Shown here piece after piece: positions 18,614 through 27,485 of a DNA stretch of 46,049 nt. This stretch comes from Candidatus Zipacnadia bacterium (lineage in GTDB: Bacteria > Armatimonadota > Zipacnadia > Zipacnadales > Zipacnadaceae). Every line of letters starts with the position of its first letter. Position 1 is the stretch's first letter. The notes beneath the pieces were generated by a model, which saw only the letters and a program-made list of their open reading frames with translations, had not been told where the DNA came from and ran no database searches. Where the stretch lies: contig JALGTI010000007.1 of assembly GCA_029821455.1 (NCBI GenBank), forward strand, positions 1-46,049, in the 5' to 3' direction. The translations under genes were made by a program, and so were the position numbers.

Positions 18614-18843
18614 AACGACTGGACCCGCTTCAGGGGGGCTGTGTCTGGTCCTGCTGGGAATTCAAGCTCTCTGGAGCGTCAGCAGTGGTGGCAGAAGCAG
18701 GTTGTTTGGCGCTTTGCTATCGGGAGAGAAGGCGCCTGCGGCTCCAATGGCGAAGTTATCCATCATGTGGGCGACTGTTCAGCCCATGCAGGAACGATGC
18801 TTACTTGATATGGAGAATACCGGGTGAAAGGGTGACAAGCGCC

Positions 18844-19962
18844 ATGGAGTACCGAGCCCTTGGCCGCACCGGTCTGTCGGTCAGCGCCATTAGCCTGGGC
18901 ACGGAATACCTCCTCGACGTGCCCCGCGGGCAGGCTGTCGAAGTGATCTGCCGGGCCGTTGATGAGGGGATCAACTACTTCGATCTCTTCTATGCGCAGC
19001 CCTCATTCCGGGACACCATGGGCGAGGCGTTGCATGGCCTGCGCGACCGTGTCTTACTCACGGCTCACCTCGGCGCGGGTGAAAGGGACGGGCAGTACCA
19101 GCGGACGCGCGACATCGAGGAGTGCATGGGCTATTTCGATGACAACTTGAGTCGGTACCGTACCGACCACGTAGATGTGCTCTTCCTGCACAACTGCGAC
19201 GAGAGTGACGACTGCAACGCGATCTTTGCCCCAGAGGGCCTCGCCGATATTGCTGAGGACTACCGCCGGGATGGCAAGGCCCGCTTCATCGGGTTCAGCT
19301 CACACAATGTTGACATCTCTCGCCGAGCCATCGAGACTGGGCGCGTCGATGTGCTGATGTTCCCGATCAACTTCACAGGCCATGTCACGCCGGGACGCCG
19401 TGACCTGTTCGCTACCTGCGTCGGGCGAGAGATTGGCCTCGTGGGGATGAAGCCGTACGCTGGGGGGAAGCTCCTGCAGGGGGGGCCCAAGATCAAGGTC
19501 AACCGCTGGGCCACCGGTGGCTCAATACTTGAGGCAGAGCGTCGGGCAGTCACGCCCGTCCAGTGCCTCGCCTACGCGCTCTCGCAGCCCGGCGTCGCCG
19601 CCGTCGTGCCCGGCTGCACCGACCCTTCTCAACTTGAGGATGCACTGGCCTGGCTGACCGCAACGGCCGCGGAGCGGGACTTCTCATCCGTCCTCGCTGG
19701 GCTCGGGCAGTTCGAGACCGGTGAGTGTGTCTACTGCAACCACTGCCTGCCGTGTCCCGCGGGGATCGACATCGGCGGCATCATGCGCATTCTGGATCGC
19801 GCTCGCGTGCAGATGACCCCTGCCCTCCGTAAGGAGTACGCGGCCCTGGCGGAGAACGCCTCCGATTGCACGAACTGCGAGGCCTGCGTGCCGCGATGCC
19901 CCTTCGGAGCAAACCCCGCGGGCGCGATGGAGGAGGCAGCTCGTCTGCTCTCGGAACCGTAG
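18844..19962 (+). CDS. Aldo/keto reductase with C-terminal 4Fe-4S ferredoxin-type domain
   Basis: ATG at 18844. MEYRALGRTGLSVSAISLGT is the canonical AKR N-terminus. Two Cys clusters are present (CVYCNHCLPCP and CTNCEACVPRCP). Confidence 0.9.
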   Translation: MEYRALGRTGLSVSAISLGTEYLLDVPRGQAVEVICRAVDEGINYFDLFYAQPSFRDTMGEALHGLRDRVLLTAHLGAGERDGQYQRTRDIEECMGYFDDNLSRYRTDHVDVLFLHNCDESDDCNAIFAPEGLADIAEDYRRDGKARFIGFSSHNVDISRRAIETGRVDVLMFPINFTGHVTPGRRDLFATCVGREIGLVGMKPYAGGKLLQGGPKIKVNRWATGGSILEAERRAVTPVQCLAYALSQPGVAAVVPGCTDPSQLEDALAWLTATAAERDFSSVLAGLGQFETGECVYCNHCLPCPAGIDIGGIMRILDRARVQMTPALRKEYAALAENASDCTNCEACVPRCPFGANPAGAMEEAARLLSEP

Positions 19963-20026
19963 GTTTGTCGCCAGGGCGCTGACCGTCCGACGTGCCCCCA
20001 AACGTTTGCTCGTCAGACTGCCAGGG

Positions 20027-20589
20027 GTGTGCCTCCGAAAAAGTCCATCCAGGCCCACAACACCGCACTCCGACACCTGCGATCTCAGGAGCGCCAGTGT
20101 GGGTGAGCACCCCCTTCCTAGATCATCCGTCAAAGTCCTGCCGAAACGTCAGTTCCAGCGTGGATGGACCTTTTGGGAGGGACAGGAAGCCGGCACGATG
20201 CCAGCGCTTCACCGTGGCTGGCTTCATCAGCTGGGCGAGGTCTTCCCAGCCTTCGAGGAACCGGGATAACACGACCCAGAGGAGACGGAACGCTGGAGTG
20301 AAGCGAGGCTTCGGCTCCTTCTCCTGCTGCACCCGCTCGACGCAGGTGGCCAGCTGGCTGCTCAAGGCCACGACCGTCGCCGCGGTCCTGGCTCTGGGCG
20401 ACACGAAGGCAGAGACGTAGAGGAGTGCGTAGAAGGTCAGCTGGTGGACAAACTGGAAGAGCTGGGCGAAGTTCCGATGCACGATCTTGAGGGCGCTCAT
20501 AGTTAGGAACGCCCCTTCTTACGTCGACTGCGACAGCCCTGCAAACCCCCAGATTACAGGCGGGATGGACTTTTTCGGAGGGCACCCCA
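20027..20589. mobile_element. Decayed IS element with ~24-bp terminal inverted repeats and a nested extra end
   Basis: gtgtgcctccgaaaaagtccatcc (20027-20050) is the inverted complement of ggatggactttttcggagggcac (20564-20586). A third degenerate copy, ggatggaccttttgggagggac, lies at 20162-20183. Only the transposase N-terminal part remains. Confidence 0.7.
20123..20500 (-). pseudogene. Transposase N-terminal fragment (leader region that precedes rve integrase-core domains)
   Basis: PRFTPAFRLLWVVLSRFLEGWEDLAQLMKPATVKRWHRAGF is the typical leader of DDE/rve transposases. The sequence diverges right after WHRAGF, where the extra IS end begins. Confidence 0.7.
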
Positions 20590-20696
20590 TCCGAACGCAG
20601 GGATTGACCGACAGACGGCGAACCGCCTCGCATTGACCCAAGTATGGTGTCCGCCGAACAGGCGGAGCACTCCAAACCGAAGAGGAACACACAATC

Positions 20697-21869
20697 ATGC
20701 CAAACACACACATCGCCGAGACGGAACACTTCTGGTATCGCCTGCAGCCGGAGGGTGTCTACATCGACTCGCAGTGCGATAACAAGGCCTTCGGGTATAT
20801 CGATGGGCGAGTCATGCTGTCGGAGGACAACGGCCAGACATGGCCACACAGCCTCGAGTTCCCCAATGCCCATAACATCACATTCAGCTGCATCCTGAGG
20901 AACGGGAATGTAGTTTTCGCCACGCGCTCGAAGCTGTACCTCAGCACCGACGACCTCAAAACGTGCGAGCAGATTACAGTCAAGGGCCTTGACGGGAGTG
21001 ACTACCTGCCGCACACGCCGCAGAACCCGGATAATCCAGGCTGGTACTTCCATACCCTCCCCGGTGTCAACTCCTGGGATGTCAACGGCACGGAGATGCT
21101 GGTCTGGGGCAATTACTGCAATGTGCTGGGCGGTGCGACGCCGGTGAATATCTACTACTCGACCGACGGCGGGCAGACGGTGAAGATCGCCTATGCCTTC
21201 GGGCAGAATCGCTACACGCGCGACAACGGTTCGCCGGGTGGGGGGCAGGAGGGGACGCTGCTGGGCGATCCCGATAGCCCGGTCTGCTGCCGGCATGTCC
21301 ACACCGTCGCCTACAATTCGGTCGAGGATGCCTTCTACGCCTGCACCGGCGATGGAGACAGGCCAGAGGGGTTCGAGTGCCACTGGCTGCGGGGTACGTA
21401 CGACGCGGCGGCGGACGGCTGGGATTGGCGGGTCATTATCTCCGATCACCTGAACTCGCGCTACAAGGCGGGCGGGATCAACTTCGTTGACGGTGACCTG
21501 TACTGGATCAGCGATTCAAATGGCCCCGAGCCCTATGACCGGGGCGTCTTCCGGTGTGCGCCGGAAGACATCGGCAACCCCGATGCGCATACGCTGCTGT
21601 TCAACCCGGAAGTCGAGTCCGGCGCCATGATCATCCAGGACAACGTGATTTTGGCATCGCACTGCGCGCCGGCATCACCGATGGACACAGGCATCATCGT
21701 CTCACTGGACGGCGGCGAGACGTGGGCTCAGCACGATCTGAAGGACCTCGGCAAGCGGTCGCCGACGCGCTTCCACGAGATGAACTCCGATGGCTGGTTC
21801 CGCGTTGACCTGCGGAAGGGATGGATTGAGCACGCCGAGGTGCTCTTCATCAAGCCTAAGAAGGCATGA
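20697..21869 (+). CDS. BNR/Asp-box repeat protein, sialidase-like beta-propeller glycosidase
   Basis: It carries three Asp-box-like motifs (SEDNGQTW, STDGGQTV, SLDGGETW) spread over 390 aa. Confidence 0.8.
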   Translation: MPNTHIAETEHFWYRLQPEGVYIDSQCDNKAFGYIDGRVMLSEDNGQTWPHSLEFPNAHNITFSCILRNGNVVFATRSKLYLSTDDLKTCEQITVKGLDGSDYLPHTPQNPDNPGWYFHTLPGVNSWDVNGTEMLVWGNYCNVLGGATPVNIYYSTDGGQTVKIAYAFGQNRYTRDNGSPGGGQEGTLLGDPDSPVCCRHVHTVAYNSVEDAFYACTGDGDRPEGFECHWLRGTYDAAADGWDWRVIISDHLNSRYKAGGINFVDGDLYWISDSNGPEPYDRGVFRCAPEDIGNPDAHTLLFNPEVESGAMIIQDNVILASHCAPASPMDTGIIVSLDGGETWAQHDLKDLGKRSPTRFHEMNSDGWFRVDLRKGWIEHAEVLFIKPKKA

Positions 21870-21959
21870 TGCACCGCGCATCCGAATGCGTCAAGATCGT
21901 AAAATAGGTACGGTGTCCCCGGAATTGCCGGAATTCCAGTTGTTCCCAACACTGTTCTT

Positions 21960-22012
21960 AACCCCGAATCTTGGTCCACTTGGCATGAGAGTAGATGAAG
22001 GTCTATACTCTC
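21960..22012 (+). repeat. 53-bp dispersed repeat, copy B
   Basis: The sequence aaccccgaatcttggtccacttggcatgagagtagatgaaggtctatactctc is, by my reading, identical to the reverse complement of copy C. Confidence 0.8.
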
Positions 22013-22084
22013 GGCAGGGCTTTCCGGGAAGAACAGGTGTGACGGTGTCCGGTGCTCAGGGCATTGCCTCCACCAGTTCCTGAC

Positions 22085-22700
22085 ACTCTTCGCTTGCCAT
22101 CCAGTTGCGAAAACTGTCCAATAGGGGGACGCTGAAGGATCAGCACCTGCTGACGCAGAGCGAGGATCTCCCTGTCGCGATCATCGCGCAGCAGACGAAG
22201 ACAGAGCGTGGATAGCGGAGACAACAAGATCAGAAGCAAGTGCCAGAACATACGGGAATGATGGCCTGAGCAGAAGGAGAAGTCACAAAGTGCACAGATC
22301 AGTTTTGGGACCCTACGGGGTCTTTCTGTTCAATACATACCAGGAAACGAACAAGCCGAGTAGCCCGGCGGACGACCACGATGCATGATGTGGAGACAGA
22401 TCTCTCCCGTGGGGTCCCAAAACTGATATGTGGTGCGGAAAGGTGCCCGTAGGCTCTCAATGCTGCCCCACAATCAGTCCCGGGCACTTTGTCGCACGAT
22501 GTCATGCAGTGCGCCTCGTTAAACGAATGGGTACTGCCGGGGCTAAACGTCATCAGCTGAGGCGCGATCATCACGCACCGGACGAAGATACAGTGTGTAT
22601 AGGAGAGACAACAAGACGAGAAGCAAATGCCAGAACATGCGGGGAGAATGGCCTCACCGGAAGGAGAAGTCAAGACTCTCACTGGGACCCCAGACGCCGC
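22085..22700 (-). mobile_element. Nest of IS fragments: two tandem truncated 5' ends of one IS type plus an isolated opposing end
   Basis: One end lies at 22297-22320 (gatcagttttgggaccctacgggg), followed on the minus strand by the transposase leader MFWHLLLILLSPLSTLCLRLLRDDRDREILALRQQVLILQR (ATG at 22251). A degenerate second copy of the same leader has its ATG at 22638. An opposing end, cccgtggggtcccaaaactgatat, lies at 22406-22429. These ends match the MITE termini at 4.5 and 5.0 kb. Confidence 0.7.
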
Positions 22701-22813
22701 GACATTCAGCCTCGCTGTGCTGCCCCCCCAAGAAACTGGTCCAGGTGTTGTGTTAGTATTTGGGGCACTTGGACGGACTATAGAGGGGCAAATTTGGTGT
22801 CACTTCCACCAAA

Positions 22814-24544
22814 GTGAGGGGTTTGCTTCTGATCGGAGGTCTGAGCCTGATGGTTTGCTTCAATTCCGCCGAAGCGCAGATGCGCACGCCCGGAGCTCAT
22901 CCCAGGCTTTTCTTCACGGCCGACACGTTGATGCAACTGCGCCAGTTGCGCTCAAGCGCAGTCCACGCTCGCATCTGGGGGAACCTGGAGGCCTCCGCGG
23001 ACTGGTGCCTGGATATTGAACCGCGCACGGCCTGGATTGCTCCCAGATCTCCGGACCCCATCTACGAGAACCTCTACGACCGCTTCTATGCCATGATGCA
23101 CGACATGGCAGTGATGGAGCATCTGGCGTTCGCCTTCGCGTACAGCGGAGAGCAACGTTACGCGGAGGCCGGCAGGCGGTGGGCGCTTTGTGGCGCACGG
23201 GTCTGGCAGCATGAGGCCGACGGCGAAGCAGACGCCAGCAAGGCCTATGCCGTGATGCGACTGATCAAAGGCCTGGCCATCAGCTACGACCTGCTTTACT
23301 CCGAGATGCCGGAGACCGAGGCCACGGAGATCCGGGATACCATCGTCCGTGTCGGCCGCAAGTATCACGATTGGTACGTGAAGAACCCGGGGATGGCCGG
23401 GCCCGGCCAGGACAAGCACCACGGAAGCGTGGAGGCCAGTTCCTTGGGGATCGCCGCCCTGGCTGTGCTGGGGGAGGCACCTGAGGCCGCCGACTGGTTG
23501 GCCCTGATGGTCAAGAAGCACCGGGAATACCTAATCCCCTGCGCTCTCACCCCTGACGGCAATCACCAAGACAGCTCCAACTTCTGGGCCTCCACCATGC
23601 AGTACAGGATCATGTTCATGGATGCGCTCCGCCGCGTCACCGGAGAGGACCTGTTCCAGGGCGCGGATCCCTTCATGGACGGTCGCGTGGCACTGGCGGC
23701 AGTGGTCGGGGAGAAGCGGCCCGGGCCCAACGAGGACAACAGGTCAATTCTGTTCGGGCCCAGCTACGGTCAGCTTGACTACTGGTCTCCGGTGCTGGTG
23801 TTCCTGGCCCGGCAGTACCGTCGGCCGATCTACCAGCATCTGGCCCTGTGGGACCATGCTCTGGGCAGCCTTCAGACAACCCGCTATACGACCCACAACG
23901 GAGAAACATTGCTCTTCAGTTGGGGCGGATACGCGTATGCGTGGTACGACCCGTCGGTGGAGCCGGGCGTTGAGCCCGGGCTGCCTTTGTCTTTCGATTT
24001 CCCCTCGGTGAACGAGGCCTACATGAGGGCCTCGTACGAGCTTCACGGTCTTGCGGCAGTGGTCCGACGCGGTCGGATTGTCGTACATGCCGGCGGGCAT
24101 CCGGTGCTGATTGAAACGGTCGACTGGCACAATCGGCCCTCGCCCGTAAGGGACCTGCAACTGACTGACGACGGCCAGATAGCTACGATCCGCTGCCGCG
24201 GCGTCGAGGACACTCCGTATGGCGAGCAGACGATCACGCTGCAGCGCCCGGCGAGGATGACGATCGAGCGTCACGAGGTGACCGGGCCGCTGCGATGGTG
24301 GTGCCACGGGCGGCCGCTGCATGACGGCAATCGCTTTGTGTGGGACGGTGGGCAGTGCCTGGAGATCCTAGGGGGCGCGGTCACCTCCGTGGACCCGACC
24401 GGGCATGAGGACATCAAGATCGTGGGCCTGGGCAAGTTGACGCTGAGTGACCCCGCGCCCTTGCGCTACCCGTTGGTAGAGATCGGTCCAGACGCAGACG
24501 GCACAATCTGCATTGAGATCGCCGGGGCCCCGGCAATCCGGTAG
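22814..24544 (+). CDS. Secreted heparinase II/III-like (DUF4962-type alpha/alpha-toroid) polysaccharide lyase
   Basis: GTG start followed by a signal peptide (MRGLLLIGGLSLMVCFNSAEA). It shows the HPRLFFT opening motif, then RLIKGLAISYDLLY and DKHHGSVEASSLGIAALAVLGE, which are typical of this family. Confidence 0.8.
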   Translation: MRGLLLIGGLSLMVCFNSAEAQMRTPGAHPRLFFTADTLMQLRQLRSSAVHARIWGNLEASADWCLDIEPRTAWIAPRSPDPIYENLYDRFYAMMHDMAVMEHLAFAFAYSGEQRYAEAGRRWALCGARVWQHEADGEADASKAYAVMRLIKGLAISYDLLYSEMPETEATEIRDTIVRVGRKYHDWYVKNPGMAGPGQDKHHGSVEASSLGIAALAVLGEAPEAADWLALMVKKHREYLIPCALTPDGNHQDSSNFWASTMQYRIMFMDALRRVTGEDLFQGADPFMDGRVALAAVVGEKRPGPNEDNRSILFGPSYGQLDYWSPVLVFLARQYRRPIYQHLALWDHALGSLQTTRYTTHNGETLLFSWGGYAYAWYDPSVEPGVEPGLPLSFDFPSVNEAYMRASYELHGLAAVVRRGRIVVHAGGHPVLIETVDWHNRPSPVRDLQLTDDGQIATIRCRGVEDTPYGEQTITLQRPARMTIERHEVTGPLRWWCHGRPLHDGNRFVWDGGQCLEILGGAVTSVDPTGHEDIKIVGLGKLTLSDPAPLRYPLVEIGPDADGTICIEIAGAPAIR

Positions 24545-24578
24545 GAGACTCTACGCGAGGCCCGTGCCTCCCCCTGTC

Positions 24579-24631
24579 GAGAGTATAGACCTTCATCTAC
24601 TCTCATGCCAAGTGGACCAAGATTCGGGGTT
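24579..24631 (-). repeat. 53-bp dispersed repeat, copy C (inverted relative to A and B)
   Basis: It reads gagagtatagaccttcatctactctcatgccaagtggaccaagattcggggtt and starts 35 nt after the heparinase-like stop. Confidence 0.8.
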
Positions 24632-25051
24632 CAGACCACGGTTGTGCTTGGCAGGTCAGTTCGACTATCCTCGGACTGTCCGCCGGAGAAGCACACCCCA
24701 ACCCTTTCGGCCATCTGCTTCGTGTCCATAAGATGGGTTATGGCCCTGTGGCCTATTCGTGTCGCCATACCAACGAGGGGTAAGCACTCAGCCGGGGATG
24801 GTGAATGTCGGGGCTCATTGGCCCTGGAACGCATGAGGCTACGATCGAGAGACGATGTATCCCAGTTCTATCGCTTTCTTGATCGCTTCCTGTGATCTGC
24901 CCCCAGTAACGTCACCAACTATAGTGCGGTAGTCGGGCCCCTGTTTACGCAGCCCTGGGTTCCGCGTGGTAATGAATTGCCGATAGGCTCTTTCGTTATC
25001 AATTCTGGCTTGCTTGCGCTCCCCGGTTTCGCCTTGCGCCAGGGAGGTCTT

Positions 25052-27067
25052 TCACAACAGTCCAAGCTCGTTGGCCGTGCTAATCGCCGCATCATTGCTA
25101 TCGACCTCAAGTTTCCTGCGGGCGTTTACGGCGCGGGAGTATGCGGCGGATTTGCTGATACCGAGCTTCTGGCAGGCGTAGTCGTATGAGAGCCCCTCAG
25201 CGAAACAGCAAAGCAGTTCAAGTTCTGTGGAGCTAAGTAGAGTATGGCTGTCGGGCTTGCTGCGTCGTCGCCCCGACAGCTTGAGATACGGCCGCATCTG
25301 CTGGATGGTGTCCCAGGCGGCCTCGACTGCTTCCTTGTTGGTGTTCACGCCAAGCTTCTTGCGGACGGTGTAGAGATGCTGTCTTGGGGTGGACAGGGAG
25401 ACGTTGAACCGCTGCGCAATCTGAGTGCATGTCAATCCCCGCGAATACAGGAGCAGCGTCTCAAGTTCGCGGCGTGTCAAATCTGACCCTTTCGGTGTGC
25501 CCATCCCGTGTGGCACGAAGCAGGTGGCCTCCGGGAGGAAATGGTACCGAATGTGGAGACGGATGCCCTGTCCCTCTCGCGTTACGACTACATCTTCAAT
25601 GAGCGTCTGCAGGAGGCCGCGACGCTCTTCGGTGTCCATTGTATCCCAGATGGTGTCAAACGACTTGGCAGCCTGTTTAGCCCGCTGCAATCTTATGGAA
25701 TTGGCCGTGATGGATGTCAGGCGCTGCTCGATTTCCTGCGATCTGTGTTGAATCTGCTCGATCTGTGCCTCGAGGTGTTCTTGGACAGAGGCGAGGGCCA
25801 CTTCGCCGAGTTCGCCTCGCCGATTGCGGGAGATCGCGGCCGCGAGATCCTCACCCAGATCCCGCAGGCGACGCTTGAGGTACTTGTTCTGGCTGGCAAG
25901 CTCTGCGGTTTTGGTCTCAGATACCTCGTCGATCTGCTTTTCGGTAATCTGGTGCAGTTCGGAGGTGTCAAGCACTCTGCGTAGGTCCTCTTCGATCGCG
26001 GTTTCCAAGTCCGTGGCAATTTTGGATATGCTGACGTGATAGTCGGCCGGTGCGGAAGTCATGTTCGTGCACTTGTAGTAGCGGTTGCCCGACTTACTGT
26101 CATACGTGGAGGAGAGGGCGCTGCCGCAGTATCCGCATGTCAGCACCCCGGCCAGCAGAAAAGCACCGAGGGTAATTCCGCGCTTGGACGCTCGGTGGCG
26201 CTGGGTCAGCACCCGAGTCAATTCTTCGGTGGTGTGGATGTCCCAGAACCGCCTGTCGAGGTGGCGTCCCTCAAGCACCTCGTCGCGGTGCCGGAAATGC
26301 CCTGCCTGGATGGGATTGCGCAGGAGATCCGCGACAGTCTGCGGGTACCATTTCTGGCTATTCCTGGGCGCCTCAATTCCCTGTTGGCCGAGCCATTTGG
26401 CGATGCGCCATGTGCCCCAACCGCCAAGCGCCTTCTCTTTCATCTCCAAAAGCACTTCGTATTCTTCGGGTACCGGACCGATATCATGCCAGCGCTGGTT
26501 GTCGTCTTTCGGGAGACGCTTCCAACCATAGGGTGGGACGCAGTGCAAGTACCCCTTGCTGGCCCGATAGTCATGGGCCTGCTTCACCCGTCTGGAGGTA
26601 TACGCCGGCACGGTGGCACTGCTTGCTGAGGAAACACGTCGAGTGAGTTGACCTGTTGGGGAGCTATCGAGCTCCCCGCCTTCGTCAACCGAATGGACGC
26701 GAATCCCGAGCGGGATGAAGATTTGGTCCCACAGGAGTTCGGCCAGCAGTGGCTTGCGTTCCAGCCTGCTACCACCGAGGCAAACGATGTGGACAGGTCG
26801 CTCTTCAGCTTCTGCGGTCATTCGGTCAACGGCATCCGAGAGCCCCGGGCGGATCTTTGGGAACAACTCCGGATACTGTCGAATTCCGTATTTCCCGGTG
26901 TAGCCAAGATCTCTATAGAAGACCAATTCGTAGGTGTCATCGTGGCACTGATGCTGAACGTACTGCTCAATCCGTTCCTGCTGGACCTCTGGAGAGAAGC
27001 CTTTATGGACCTGTTCTTCAGTGCTGACTCTGATGTAGCCGATGTACAGTGGTGATCGCTTGGCCAT
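25052..27067 (-). CDS. Large serine recombinase fused to two C-terminal LuxR/GerE-type HTH domains
   Basis: The N-terminal resolvase motif is YIGYIRVSTEEQ. A recombinase domain and zinc ribbon (CGYCGSALSSTYDSKSGNRYYKC) follow, then a long coiled coil. Two LuxR-type HTHs close the protein (LTRRELETLLLYSRGLTCTQIAQRFNVSLSTPRQHLYTVRKKLGV and LSSTELELLCCFAEGLSYDYACQKLGISKSAAYSRAVNARRKLEV). Confidence 0.9.
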   Translation of the reverse strand: MAKRSPLYIGYIRVSTEEQVHKGFSPEVQQERIEQYVQHQCHDDTYELVFYRDLGYTGKYGIRQYPELFPKIRPGLSDAVDRMTAEAEERPVHIVCLGGSRLERKPLLAELLWDQIFIPLGIRVHSVDEGGELDSSPTGQLTRRVSSASSATVPAYTSRRVKQAHDYRASKGYLHCVPPYGWKRLPKDDNQRWHDIGPVPEEYEVLLEMKEKALGGWGTWRIAKWLGQQGIEAPRNSQKWYPQTVADLLRNPIQAGHFRHRDEVLEGRHLDRRFWDIHTTEELTRVLTQRHRASKRGITLGAFLLAGVLTCGYCGSALSSTYDSKSGNRYYKCTNMTSAPADYHVSISKIATDLETAIEEDLRRVLDTSELHQITEKQIDEVSETKTAELASQNKYLKRRLRDLGEDLAAAISRNRRGELGEVALASVQEHLEAQIEQIQHRSQEIEQRLTSITANSIRLQRAKQAAKSFDTIWDTMDTEERRGLLQTLIEDVVVTREGQGIRLHIRYHFLPEATCFVPHGMGTPKGSDLTRRELETLLLYSRGLTCTQIAQRFNVSLSTPRQHLYTVRKKLGVNTNKEAVEAAWDTIQQMRPYLKLSGRRRSKPDSHTLLSSTELELLCCFAEGLSYDYACQKLGISKSAAYSRAVNARRKLEVDSNDAAISTANELGLL

Positions 27068-27281
27068 TGATAGTCACCTTCCAGGCGGTAATCTGTGTGA
27101 GTAGTATAACATACAGAAAGGCTCTTTGTCCGACGAGCTTCAGAATGTCCAATATACACAGGGCCGGTCTGCAAAACAGCGTGAGCCCCGCAGCGCCAGT
27201 GGCTCGTGGCGCCGCGTGGGGAAGCCGCGATTCGGCGTCCGGCGTGAGCTATTACCAAAGATGCGGCGATTGGTTTCCAGA

Positions 27282-27485
27282 TCATCGGGTGGCCCCGGCG
27301 TCGTCCGCCTGCTCCTGATCGGCCGCCAGAAGGGCCGCCGATGCCAGTGTATCCAGCAGCGTGTCGATGCGTATCTGCGTCAATCTCTCCTCGCTGTGGA
27401 GGGCCCGGTGCCAGTGCTGTTTGACGGCATCCTCGGGCGCCATTTCTTTGCCGTCAGTCGTGTCGTGGTCTGGGGTCTCATTCAT
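27282..27485 (-). CDS. Small acidic hypothetical protein (67 aa), translationally coupled to the tyrosine recombinase
   Basis: Its ATG (27483-27485) overlaps the recombinase stop (ATGAATGA arrangement). An aggagg lies about 10 nt upstream. There is no recognisable family. Confidence 0.4.
   Translation of the reverse strand: MNETPDHDTTDGKEMAPEDAVKQHWHRALHSEERLTQIRIDTLLDTLASAALLAADQEQADDAGATR

Noticed and set aside
22723-22729. Homopolymer tracts as phase-variation switches: C7 at 22723-22729, G7 at 7304-7310, G7 at 19479-19485.
   Set aside because: The tracts are short, none lies in the methylase or another defence gene, and such runs are common in GC-rich sequence.
24605-24895. ORFs in the 24.6-25.05 kb gap (24605..24895 +, 24631..24834 -, 24919..25110 -, 24977..25189 +) as island-border genes.
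   Set aside because: They lack RBSs, overlap one another and give implausible translations. The only coherent reading in this gap is the in-frame continuation of the recombinase, reported separately.
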